Position numbers and translations under genes: made by a program | NCBI GenBank assembly: GCA_964490125.1 | Contig: CAZBAJ010000001.1 | Coordinates: forward strand, 152,243 to 216,242 | DNA from: an uncultured Candidatus Saccharibacteria bacterium | GTDB taxonomy: Bacteria > Patescibacteriota > WWE3 > UBA101185 > UBA10185 | DNA: 64,000 nucleotides | Direction: 5' to 3' | The notes under the pieces: generated by a model | Databases searched by the model: none | Seen by the model: only the letters and a program-made list of their open reading frames with translations | What the model was told of the DNA's origin: nothing | Part shown: positions 1 to 8,701 of the stretch, piece by piece | Layout of the letters: each line of letters starts with the position of its first letter | Numbering within the stretch: position 1 is the first letter of the stretch

Positions 1-840
1 ATCGACAAAAAGTCGTACCAGCAAACTATTACCAAAATTTCCCAATTTTTACAGGGTAAGCAAAAAACTATAGTAGAAGATCTGCGCAAAAAAATGCAGG
101 ACTACGCCAAAAAACAGCAGTACGAGCAGGCGGAAGAAACCAAAAAAATTCTAAGGCGGTTTGAATATGTCCAGCAAAGTTTTAGAGCCCCGCGGGAGTT
201 TATGGAAAATCCGTATTTGGTGGACGACATTTATGAGACAGCGCTTAAAGAACTTGCGGACGCCCTGCCCATGCTAAAAAATCCTCCAAAGCGCATTGAA
301 TGCTATGATGTGGCAAATATTTCCGGCAAAGACGCGGCGGTTTCTATGGTGGTGGCGGTGAATGGGCGACTTGAAAAGCGCGAGTATAAAAAATTTAAAA
401 TTAAGCTTAAAGACACGCCGGACGACTTTTTTATGTTGCGGGAGGCTTTAACTAGGCGGTTTTTGCATGAGACGCGAGAAGATTTAGTTTCTTGGGGTTT
501 GCCGGACTTAGTGGTGGTGGACGGTGGAAAGGGTCAGGTTTCCGTGGCGGAGGATGTGCTAGAGCGACTTGGTTTGGGTATTCCCGTTATAGGTTTGGCA
601 AAGAAGGAGGAGATAATAGTTTACCGTTCGGCGAGTATCGACGGTAACAAGATGGATAGCAACCACCGTGAGCAAGAAAAGCGTCATTGCGAGAATCGTA
701 GCCCCGAACCAATCTACAAAGAACTCCGTTTAGATAAATCCTCCGAAGCCTTAAAACTTTTACAGCGCCTACGCGACGAATCCCACCGCTTTGCGCGGGT
801 TTACCATCACTATTTAAGAACAAAACATGTTGGAGATTAA
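1..840 (+). CDS. uvrC: Excinuclease ABC subunit C, C-terminal part (5' truncated by window edge)
   Basis: RIECYDVANISG, PDLVVVDGGKGQ, IGLAKKEE, LQRLRDESHRFA motifs of the UvrC RNase H-like domain; ends without an HhH domain. Confidence 0.93.
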   Translation: MDKKSYQQTITKISQFLQGKQKTIVEDLRKKMQDYAKKQQYEQAEETKKILRRFEYVQQSFRAPREFMENPYLVDDIYETALKELADALPMLKNPPKRIECYDVANISGKDAAVSMVVAVNGRLEKREYKKFKIKLKDTPDDFFMLREALTRRFLHETREDLVSWGLPDLVVVDGGKGQVSVAEDVLERLGLGIPVIGLAKKEEIIVYRSASIDGNKMDSNHREQEKRHCENRSPEPIYKELRLDKSSEALKLLQRLRDESHRFARVYHHYLRTKHVGD

Positions 841-875
841 TTCGTTTGGATTTTCTAAGAACTGTTGACTTAAAA

Positions 876-927
876 GGGGACAGGGACTGGCGACATCGTT
901 GGATGTACAAACATCGCCAGCCCCTCC
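876..927. terminator. Stem-loop between convergent uvrC and the Cys-rich micro-ORF
   Basis: GGGACTGGCGA (883-893) pairs with TCGCCAGCCC (915-924); inner ACATC/GATGT hairpin. Confidence 0.45.
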
Positions 928-933
928 GTCTAC

Positions 934-1143
934 TCACCGTCTACGCGAACCTTTCGGGATGTTGGTGTCGGGATGACAGTACTGCCAATGGTTTAGCTTC
1001 TGTGTGTTGGCGTCCCCATCGGCTTCATCTTGGGTACTACCCTTCCCGCACCCCGTCTGACCGCACGTTCCGCAAGTCCACGGCGAGAAGAACTGACTGT
1101 CCACCACACTTGTAGATGGACACGGGTGCTGTTTCGGTTTCAT
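934..1143 (-). CDS. Small Cys-rich hypothetical protein (69 aa)
   Basis: Strong SD AAGGAG just upstream of ATG; CxxC plus further Cys/His residues. Confidence 0.55.
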   Translation of the reverse strand: MKPKQHPCPSTSVVDSQFFSPWTCGTCGQTGCGKGSTQDEADGDANTQKLNHWQYCHPDTNIPKGSRRR

Positions 1144-1277
1144 TTCTAGCTCCTTTCATTATGTGTAGAAACAGCAACGATGGCGGTATTTAACTCTCTC
1201 TCTCCAAAAGTCAAACGATGATTTTGTTATAATAATTACGGCGCTTGCAAAAGCGACTACTACAATGGGGGCTAATC

Positions 1278-1493
1278 ATGAAAGATCAGTGTTCAGCGTG
1301 TCGTGGCACCGGGATTGCTTATCAATGCAGGACATGTAAGGGTTCGGGGATTGTGCCTGGGTATTCTCCTTCCCGCGGAAGTTACAATAATACTTGCCCA
1401 GGCTGCGATGGGAAGGGGGGTCCGCCCTGTTCTTACTGCAACGGTACGGGGCGCTGTGTGACACGCGAGCATGAGCCTCGCAGAGGGAGGTAG
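1278..1493 (+). CDS. Stand-alone DnaJ-type zinc-finger microprotein
   Basis: Four CxxCxGxG repeats (CSACRGTG, CRTCKGSG, CPGCDGKG, CSYCNGTG); GGGGG SD-like upstream. Confidence 0.75.
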   Translation: MKDQCSACRGTGIAYQCRTCKGSGIVPGYSPSRGSYNNTCPGCDGKGGPPCSYCNGTGRCVTREHEPRRGR

Positions 1494-1494
1494 C

Positions 1495-1659
1495 GTGAGA
1501 AAGGACAAGAATTCTCCAAAACCTGGTTGTCTTCGTTGCTACAACACGGGCGAGATAACTTGTCCGAATTGCCACGGCACTGGAATGGTTGGTGGAAGAA
1601 CATGTCAGACCTGCCGTGGGTTACGGACGATAGCCTGTCCTGACTGTAGCAAAAAGTAG
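1495..1659 (+). CDS. Second DnaJ-type zinc-finger microprotein
   Basis: CLRCYNTG, CPNCHGTG, CQTCRGLR, CPDC; GGAGG SD before GTG 1495. Confidence 0.7.
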   Translation: MRKDKNSPKPGCLRCYNTGEITCPNCHGTGMVGGRTCQTCRGLRTIACPDCSKK

Positions 1660-1924
1660 TTCCATCGGGAGAGGGAGCGGAGAAAAGCAACGCAGAATAA
1701 CGCGTTGGCGATGATCTTTGTCGCTCTTCACCCTCTCTCTATATGGTCCGGCATACTTTTTAGTCGTATTGCAAACGCATTGCATTTGCAATTCAAATGC
1801 AATACACTCCCAAAACCCTTCGGTGGGGATATAAAAAGTCCCACATTAAAAAATCCACCGCAATTATGCACAGCGCGCGGCATCAATTTTGTCGTCCAAC
1901 CAAAAATGTTGTATCCTTAACCCA

Positions 1925-2329
1925 ATGAGAGCGATTATTAGGCATTTTATTTACACCGCGTCCGCCATGTATCTTTTGCAGTCGTTTGCCAAACCCTTTG
2001 ATTACGGCTCAAGCCCCACCAAGACCTTTTTAATTGTTGCCCTCGCCATAACGCTAATTGTCTACTTTACGCGTCCGCTTCTTAAAATAATTTCTTTTCC
2101 GGTAGGCGGGTTGGTCTATACGGCGCTCCTTATTTTAGTAATAGGCGCGGGTTTTTACGCTTTGCAAAGTTTAATCCCGGAATTTGCCGTCAAAAGTTTT
2201 TACCTACCCCAAATTAACTTTTTTGGTATAATGCTTGGCGACACGGAGCTTAGCGGTTTTAAAGCCCTGGCTTTTGTTTCTGGCTTTATTGCGGTATTTA
2301 TTGGACTTGTCGGTTGGGTGATGGGGTAG
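1925..2329 (+). CDS. Four-TM membrane protein (phage holin-like / DUF360 type)
   Basis: Four hydrophobic segments, RPLLKIISFP motif. Confidence 0.65.
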   Translation: MRAIIRHFIYTASAMYLLQSFAKPFDYGSSPTKTFLIVALAITLIVYFTRPLLKIISFPVGGLVYTALLILVIGAGFYALQSLIPEFAVKSFYLPQINFFGIMLGDTELSGFKALAFVSGFIAVFIGLVGWVMG

Positions 2330-2381
2330 ATAGCCCCGCTACGCCCGTACAAGTAAGTCAAAAGTTTCTTAAAGCGTCACT

Positions 2382-2582
2382 ATGGTAATTATACAAATAA
2401 TAATAAGCATAATGTTAATACTCTTAGTCCTAATTCAGTCCAAATCGGGCGGGCTTTCTGGCTCGGTGGCAAATTCCTTTGGTGCCTACCGTTCCCGTCG
2501 TGGAATAGAAAAAGGTATTTTTATTCTAACCATTGTTTGTGGTATCGTCTTTACCGTCAACAGCCTGTTTTTAATTATTTAA
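2382..2582 (+). CDS. secG: Preprotein translocase subunit SecG
   Basis: Two TM helices, LIQSKSGGLSG and YRSRRGIEK motifs. Confidence 0.9.
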   Translation: MVIIQIIISIMLILLVLIQSKSGGLSGSVANSFGAYRSRRGIEKGIFILTIVCGIVFTVNSLFLII

Positions 2583-2583
2583 C

Positions 2584-3843
2584 ATGAGCCAAGCTACCAC
2601 AGCGCAAATAGACGGAGGAATTCCTTTAGTGGGCACGGTTAAAGCTTCCGGGAGTCGCGCGTTGGCGTTAAAACTTATTTACGCGTCCATTTTAAGTGGA
2701 GAGGAGTGTGTACTTTCCAATGTTCCTAAAGTCAAATATGTGTTGGACGACTTGGAGATTGCCCAAAATTTGGGCGTAACAGCTAGTTGGAGTGGCAATA
2801 CGCTAACCATAAATTCCGGGCAGTTAACCCAGTTTGCTCTTGAAGGCGACTTAGTTGCTAAAGTTGCTACCGCGCCTTTTTTAGTGCCAGCTTTAGTGCA
2901 TAAATTTGGCAAAGCGTCGTTACCAAAAAGTCAAAGAATAATGCAGTATGCCAAAATTTGGCAGGCGTTTGGCATGGAGGTATCCGAAGACTTTAATAAT
3001 TGTTTTGTGGAGGCGGTAAAACTAGTAAGTGGTGAGGTGGTTTTGCCCTACAAGTCGCGCGTTTTAACAGACATGGCAATTATTACCGCGCTGTTTATTT
3101 TGGGTGAAAGTGTGATTTTAAATCCCAGTACAGATGTAGAAACGGACGACCTGATTGACTATTGCAACAAACTTGGTGGGGAAGTTACACGGAGGGAGGA
3201 CGGTTCTATTGTAGTTACAGGTTGCGCGGTATTTAAAAGTGTTAATTTTACTTTGCCGTACGATCGGGAGGAAGCTGGATTTTTTATTGTAGCAACCTTG
3301 CTTACTAATGGAAATATTACTTTGGTGGACTTGGATAGAGCGCGCCTTCTGCCGTTTGTAAATTGGCTGTCAAAGGTTGGCGCAAGTTACGAATTTGTTG
3401 GTAGCGACATGCGGGTTTGGCACAATAGTGGGACGACCTTTGAGCCGTTTGACCTCACCGTTGCTCCGCACCCGGGCTTTATTACCGATCTTGCGCCTTT
3501 TGCCTGTCTGCTTGGCTGTTTTGCTGGTGGCGAAAGTAAAATAATCGAGCATGTCTTAGCCACAAATTTGGACTATCTTAAGGGTTTGAATCGGCTGGGG
3601 GCTAAAATAACCACCGAGCGGGTAGGCGAGTCACTTCAAATTAGTATCCCGGGTAATGTAAAGTTAAAACCCGGAAAAATGGTAATCTCTGACTTAAGGT
3701 ATGCTTTAATAAGTCTGCTTTACGCTTTAGTGGTGGAAGGTAAGCACGAGCTTGCGGACTACAACATGGCAGAGGACAGTTTTGAAGGTATTAGCCAACG
3801 CCTAAAATCCTTAGGTGCGGACATTAGTCTAAATGGGCTATAA
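2584..3843 (+). CDS. murA: MurA-like enolpyruvyl transferase family protein, catalytic motifs degenerate
   Basis: Length 419 aa, GGIPLVGTV, DREEAG, PHPGFITDL, DLR, LKSLGADI; KN and GGC-x-IG-x-R motifs absent. Confidence 0.8.
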   Translation: MSQATTAQIDGGIPLVGTVKASGSRALALKLIYASILSGEECVLSNVPKVKYVLDDLEIAQNLGVTASWSGNTLTINSGQLTQFALEGDLVAKVATAPFLVPALVHKFGKASLPKSQRIMQYAKIWQAFGMEVSEDFNNCFVEAVKLVSGEVVLPYKSRVLTDMAIITALFILGESVILNPSTDVETDDLIDYCNKLGGEVTRREDGSIVVTGCAVFKSVNFTLPYDREEAGFFIVATLLTNGNITLVDLDRARLLPFVNWLSKVGASYEFVGSDMRVWHNSGTTFEPFDLTVAPHPGFITDLAPFACLLGCFAGGESKIIEHVLATNLDYLKGLNRLGAKITTERVGESLQISIPGNVKLKPGKMVISDLRYALISLLYALVVEGKHELADYNMAEDSFEGISQRLKSLGADISLNGL

Positions 3844-3851
3844 TATCCCCA

Positions 3852-4934
3852 ATGGAAATCCAACTTTTACACCTGTTTCTCTCGGCCTTAATTAGCTTGG
3901 CGCTTTACCCGCTCTGGATCAAGTTTGTTTATAAGTACCAAATGGGCGAGGATGTCCGTAGCGACGGTCCCCAAACCCATTTAGCCAAAAAAGGTACGCC
4001 CACTATGGGAGGTTTGGTGTTTGTGTTGACGGTTGGGATTGTAACTTTTTTAGTCAATCGATCGCGGGATCAAACCCTGTTTCCGCTCTTTGTGGCGGCG
4101 TTAGCGGGACTTTTTGGGCTTATTGAGGACTTGTCCAAAGTCTATAAAAAATCTGGCTTGCCAGGGTTTTTTGAATATCATCTGGGTACAATTAATCTGG
4201 GCAAAATAGGCAAAATACTTTCCACAGTCGTAGCAAAACCGTGGCGTCTTTACACAGAATTTTGGCGGGTGGTGGGCAGCAAAACAGATGTCGGCATAAA
4301 AACGCATGAAAAGTTTTTTATCCAAGCGGTTATTGCGGGTTTTGTGTCGTACTGGACTTATTTTAAGCTTGGTTGGGATTACATTTGGTTTCCGCTCGTG
4401 GGCGATGTGCACATTGGCTGGGGCTACCCCGTGGTAATTTTTTTGCTGTTTGTAGCGGTGCTAAACTTTGTGGCTTTTACGGACGGGCTTGATGGTTTGG
4501 CAGGTGGACTTGCCTTTTTTGCCTTATGCGCTTATTGGGTGCTGGCGGTTATGTTTGAATTTAAGTCGCTTTCTGCTTTTTGTGCCACATTTATTGGCGC
4601 GTTACTACCGTTTTTGTATTTTAATATCTATCCCGCGCGGGTGTTTATGGGCAATGTAGGCAGTCATGTTTTGGGGGCGACGCTGGTGTTGCTGGCTATT
4701 TTATTGCACCGCGAATTTGCTTTGGTAGTTATTTTGGGTGTGTTTTTGGTCGACGGGCTTTCTAGCCCTTTACAACAGCTTTCGGTAAAACTTACCAGAA
4801 AGCGGATTTTTTTAATGGCGCCTCTACACCACCATTTTGAGATGCTCGGCTGGCCGGAAACCAAAGTCACTTTTAGATTCTGGCTTTTTGGCATTATCTG
4901 CGCATTTTTAGGAATTTTTGTCGCCTTGTTGTAG
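3852..4934 (+). CDS. mraY: Phospho-N-acetylmuramoyl-pentapeptide transferase (divergent)
   Basis: KKGTPTMGG, TDGLDGLA, PARVFMG, MAPLHHHFE, GWPETKV. Confidence 0.93.
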   Translation: MEIQLLHLFLSALISLALYPLWIKFVYKYQMGEDVRSDGPQTHLAKKGTPTMGGLVFVLTVGIVTFLVNRSRDQTLFPLFVAALAGLFGLIEDLSKVYKKSGLPGFFEYHLGTINLGKIGKILSTVVAKPWRLYTEFWRVVGSKTDVGIKTHEKFFIQAVIAGFVSYWTYFKLGWDYIWFPLVGDVHIGWGYPVVIFLLFVAVLNFVAFTDGLDGLAGGLAFFALCAYWVLAVMFEFKSLSAFCATFIGALLPFLYFNIYPARVFMGNVGSHVLGATLVLLAILLHREFALVVILGVFLVDGLSSPLQQLSVKLTRKRIFLMAPLHHHFEMLGWPETKVTFRFWLFGIICAFLGIFVALL

Positions 4935-4941
4935 TCGCAAA

Positions 4942-6123
4942 ATGAAAAAGTCTGCCCCAAAATCCCGCAAATTTTATTACTTTGTTTTAGCCACGCTACT
5001 TTTTGGACTTTTGATGGTCTACAACGCTTCACCTTTATACTCACAACGCTTGTTTGGCAATCCATATCATTTTGCCAAATTGCAGTTAATTTGGACTTTG
5101 GTGGGACTGGTTTTTTTTGCCATTGTCAGCCTGGTAAGTTTAAGTTCTATTAAATGGTTTTCCCGCGGATTATTTGTATTTTCCTTACTTATTTTAATTT
5201 TCCTTGCCGGAGCTTCCTTTTTTTACCCGTGTAGCAAGGTTTTGGGTCCTTCTTCCGATATTGCGTTTTGTCCCTGTAAAAACGGCGCTAGGCGTTGGAT
5301 AAATTTAAACCCACCACCACTACCACAACTGCCAATTTTAGGAACCTTAGGCTTCCAGGCGTCGGACTTGGCAAAATTAGCCCTTATTGCCTACTTACCC
5401 CTATTATTAGAATCAAAACTTAAGTCAGCCAAGCGCAAGTACTCGCCGTTTTTTTACTTTTTTGGCTATTGCGCACTGGTTTCGGTCCTAATTTTAGGTC
5501 AGCCCAACATGTCAACTGCAGGACTTGTTATGATAATTGGCGTAGTAATATATTTTATTTCCGGTGCGGACCTTAAGCCACTAGCTATTGCCATCCCAGT
5601 AGGACTTATTATTAGCATCTTATTTATTATGATCTCACCTTATCGGCGGGAGCGGTTTTTGACTTTAGTTTCGCCTAGCGAGCAGTCTACCTTAAAAGAG
5701 TCGTACCAGAGCGAACAAATTTTAATAGGACTTGGTTCTGGCGGACCTTTTGGCGTGGGCGTTGGGCAGTCTATTCAAAAGCAACACTATGTGCCGGAGG
5801 TTATTGGCGACTCGATTTTTGCCATTATTGGCGAGGAAATGGGTTTTGTGGGTAGTTTGATTGTAGTGGTGGGTTTTGCGCTTTTGACTTTGGAGATGGT
5901 CAAAATTTCTTCCGGCGCAGTTACTTTGTATGAAAAAATGGTTGGTATGGGTGTTTGCGCTTGGATTTTCTTTCAGTACCTAATAAACCTGTACGCTACA
6001 ATTAACATTATTCCGTTTACCGGTATGCCTATTCCGTTTATTTCTTACGGCGGTTCCTCTATGGTTTTTGCTATGGCGGGACTAGGGTTAATTTCTAATA
6101 TTTATAGACGACAGGGAAGCTAA
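4942..6123 (+). CDS. ftsW: SEDS family protein FtsW
   Basis: NGARRWI, DSIFAIIGEEMG, PFTGMPIPFISYGGSS; position in dcw cluster. Confidence 0.9.
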   Translation: MKKSAPKSRKFYYFVLATLLFGLLMVYNASPLYSQRLFGNPYHFAKLQLIWTLVGLVFFAIVSLVSLSSIKWFSRGLFVFSLLILIFLAGASFFYPCSKVLGPSSDIAFCPCKNGARRWINLNPPPLPQLPILGTLGFQASDLAKLALIAYLPLLLESKLKSAKRKYSPFFYFFGYCALVSVLILGQPNMSTAGLVMIIGVVIYFISGADLKPLAIAIPVGLIISILFIMISPYRRERFLTLVSPSEQSTLKESYQSEQILIGLGSGGPFGVGVGQSIQKQHYVPEVIGDSIFAIIGEEMGFVGSLIVVVGFALLTLEMVKISSGAVTLYEKMVGMGVCAWIFFQYLINLYATINIIPFTGMPIPFISYGGSSMVFAMAGLGLISNIYRRQGS

Positions 6124-6142
6124 CTTGAGGTAAAATACCCGT

Positions 6143-7147
6143 GTGAGAATTTCACTAGACCAAGTAATAAGCATGTCGTATCAAATCCTTGCTGGCTGGG
6201 GTTTTCATGACGATGAGATTGGGTACATTAATCGTAATTTGCTCGACGCGGAACTTTCGGGCAGGAAAACCCATGGTTTTGTAAGGTTGTTGTCTTTTAA
6301 AAATCAGTACGACAAGGCGAAGCTAGATACAAAACCCTTAGTGCTAAATGTTATAAGCCAATCCCCAGTACACCTCCACATAGACGGTAAGAATAAGTTA
6401 GGTTTTGGGGTTTTGTATGAGGCTCTAAAGCTCGCTATACCAAAAGCTAAACAATCGGGGTTGGTTGCGGTTGGAGTTAAAAACACAGGAGTAACGGGTT
6501 TTATTGGTTCTTACGCACGAGAAGCGGTTAAAGAAGATCTAATTTATCTCGGATTTCATAATTCAACGGGCGGGTTAATTCCGTACGGATCTATTAAGGA
6601 AATGTGGGGAACAAATCCTCTCACCGTCGGAATTCCAACTTTTGACATTCCGGTTATTTTAGACATGGCATCTTCGCAAATTACTTGGGGTGACTTACTT
6701 GTCGCTAAAAATGAGAATAAACAGCTTAAAGAAGGTGTTGCCTTAAATTCCAACGGAGAAGTTACCACAAATCCCATTGAGGCTATGGGTGGCGGACTTT
6801 TACCTTTTTCTAGGCATAAAGGTTCCGGGCTTGCTTTTATTGTGGAACTTTTGGCAGGGGCGGTGACGGGTTCACGGGTGGGAAACAATGTACCCGGGGA
6901 ATGGGGTTCATTTTTTATTTTGCTTAACCCGGAGCTTTTTAGGCCGTTGGATGAGTTTAAAAAGGATGTCCAAACTGCCGTTTCAGAACTAAAGAATTCT
7001 CCAAAAGCCAACGGTGTGTCAGAAATATTTTTTGCAGGTGAGAAGTCGTACAAACTTTACAAGCAAAATCTGGAAAACGGCTACTTTGAAATTTCCGACA
7101 AGCTGTACAACGATTTACAAAATTTAGGGAAAGGAGAAAACAAATGA
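6143..7147 (+). CDS. Ldh_2 family (malate/L-lactate/L-sulfolactate dehydrogenase-like) oxidoreductase
   Basis: G-x-x-THG, GTNPL, LDMASS, HKGSGLA motifs. Confidence 0.88.
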   Translation: MRISLDQVISMSYQILAGWGFHDDEIGYINRNLLDAELSGRKTHGFVRLLSFKNQYDKAKLDTKPLVLNVISQSPVHLHIDGKNKLGFGVLYEALKLAIPKAKQSGLVAVGVKNTGVTGFIGSYAREAVKEDLIYLGFHNSTGGLIPYGSIKEMWGTNPLTVGIPTFDIPVILDMASSQITWGDLLVAKNENKQLKEGVALNSNGEVTTNPIEAMGGGLLPFSRHKGSGLAFIVELLAGAVTGSRVGNNVPGEWGSFFILLNPELFRPLDEFKKDVQTAVSELKNSPKANGVSEIFFAGEKSYKLYKQNLENGYFEISDKLYNDLQNLGKGENK

Positions 7148-8064
7148 AATTAGTATTATTAAGCCCAAATTGTGAAACTTTGCTCACAGACGAGCAGAAG
7201 CGAGTGTTGAAGGACATAGGCAACTGCGCCTTTGTATCAAAAATTGCCCCATTATCCAAGGTTTCGGAACTTGCAGGTGACGACGAGAAGATTATTGCCG
7301 TAGACCCGGATTTTTGTGATTGGAAGATACCTAACGAGGAAGTGGATAAAATCCAAGGGTTAAAAGCAATCTGCTTACAGAGTACATCGTTTAGCTGGGT
7401 GGATGGAGAGTATTTAAAAAGTAAAAGTATTCCAGTAACAAACCTGCGGGGTTTTTCATCCGTTGCGGTTTCCGAATGGGCGTTTATGATGGCGTTAAAT
7501 TTGGCAAGAAAACTTCCTATTGTGATTAAGGACGGTTGGAAACAGGATTATACAAAACATCAAGGCATAGAGTTGCGAGGGAAAACAGCTGGGATAGTAG
7601 GATTGGGGAATATCGGGACAAAAATAGCAGAGAATTGCAAAGGTTTTGGAATGGAGGTTATTTATTGGTCAAAAAATTCCAGAGATGTTAGGTTTCAGTA
7701 CAAATCTATTGAGGAGATTATGAAGACGGCGGATGTTATTTTCCCCGCAGTCGCACAGAATTCAGAAACTAATGGACTAATTACTGACGACATGGTTAAT
7801 TCGATAAAGAGAAGCGTTATATTTGTTTCTATAGTCCATCATGTTTATAACCACGAGCTATTGTTGGAAAAGGCTAAAAAAGATGAAATTTATGGCTACG
7901 GTTTTGAGCAGGCCGGCGTAAATATGGCTGACTATGGGGGTAATGTGTGGGCAGGTCCGGAGCTTGCATGGGCAACGGATGGTTCTATGAAAAGGAATTC
8001 CGAGATGTGGGTTGAGAGCATACTGAAAGCATTAAAAGGAGAATTTCCAACAAGGATTAATTAG
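7144..8064 (+). CDS. D-isomer-specific 2-hydroxyacid dehydrogenase family protein
   Basis: ELRGKTAGIVGLGNIG Rossmann motif; AVSEWA; canonical TPH replaced by GPE. Confidence 0.85.
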   Translation: MKLVLLSPNCETLLTDEQKRVLKDIGNCAFVSKIAPLSKVSELAGDDEKIIAVDPDFCDWKIPNEEVDKIQGLKAICLQSTSFSWVDGEYLKSKSIPVTNLRGFSSVAVSEWAFMMALNLARKLPIVIKDGWKQDYTKHQGIELRGKTAGIVGLGNIGTKIAENCKGFGMEVIYWSKNSRDVRFQYKSIEEIMKTADVIFPAVAQNSETNGLITDDMVNSIKRSVIFVSIVHHVYNHELLLEKAKKDEIYGYGFEQAGVNMADYGGNVWAGPELAWATDGSMKRNSEMWVESILKALKGEFPTRIN

Positions 8065-8065
8065 A

Positions 8066-8383
8066 ATGCTTAAAATCTTTGTAATGTGTCCAAAAGACAA
8101 TACGGACGACTTAATATACGCGATGTCTGACGCGGGTGGAGGTAGGATTGGAAATTACTCCCATAACGCTTTTATAACTCCGGGTTTTGGAAACTGGAAA
8201 AGTGAGGAAGGATCTAATCCTACAATTGGAGAGGTTGGAAAAATGAGTCGCGAGCCTGAAAATAGGATAGAGATGGTTTGTCCGGAAGAAGATTTGGATA
8301 AGGTGATTGAAGCGATAAAAAGAATCCATCCTTATGAAACCCCGGAAATTGATGTTGTAAAGCTAGAAAGACTGGTTTTGTAG
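8066..8383 (+). CDS. YqfO/NIF3-associated PII-like small protein
   Basis: AGGGRIGNYSH, NPTIGEVG, HPYETP motifs. Confidence 0.85.
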   Translation: MLKIFVMCPKDNTDDLIYAMSDAGGGRIGNYSHNAFITPGFGNWKSEEGSNPTIGEVGKMSREPENRIEMVCPEEDLDKVIEAIKRIHPYETPEIDVVKLERLVL

Positions 8384-8393
8384 AAAGTGAGTT

Positions 8394-8442
8394 AAAGGGG
8401 TCGAAACCGGCGCCTTTAAACCCGTCGAATTCGACGGGTTTA
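8394..8442. repeat. Two tandem 24-bp palindromic units (one perfect, one degenerate)
   Basis: TAAACCCGTCGAATTCGACGGGTTTA (8417-8442) is a perfect 26-bp palindrome, preceded by AAAGGGGTCGAAACCGGCGCCTTT. Confidence 0.85.
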
Positions 8443-8600
8443 GATTCTAATGTTATGGAAAACCATAAGACTAGATTTTGGGTAGAAAAGGGTCGGATAT
8501 TTTGCTCTTGTGACGAAAAGAGATTTTGTTGTTATAACGAGATTTTGGGAAAATACAAGGCGCGTTGGAATGGAGAATAGCTTGTGACGACAAGCTTGCT

Positions 8601-8628
8601 ACCATTTTCCCGGCGTCAGGAAAATGGT
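8601..8628. repeat. Intergenic palindrome
   Basis: ACCATTTTCC-CGGCGTCA-GGAAAATGGT. Confidence 0.85.
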
Positions 8629-8701
8629 TTAGAGTTGTAGCGCCTAGTAAAAGTACAGATTTACTGCTCGATAAACAATTAAAACTTAAAGAAAGGAGAA
8701 A

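Noticed and set aside
1925-2329. Prophage suggested by the holin-like gene
   Set aside because: No phage structural, lysis or integrase genes nearby; the family is commonly chromosomal
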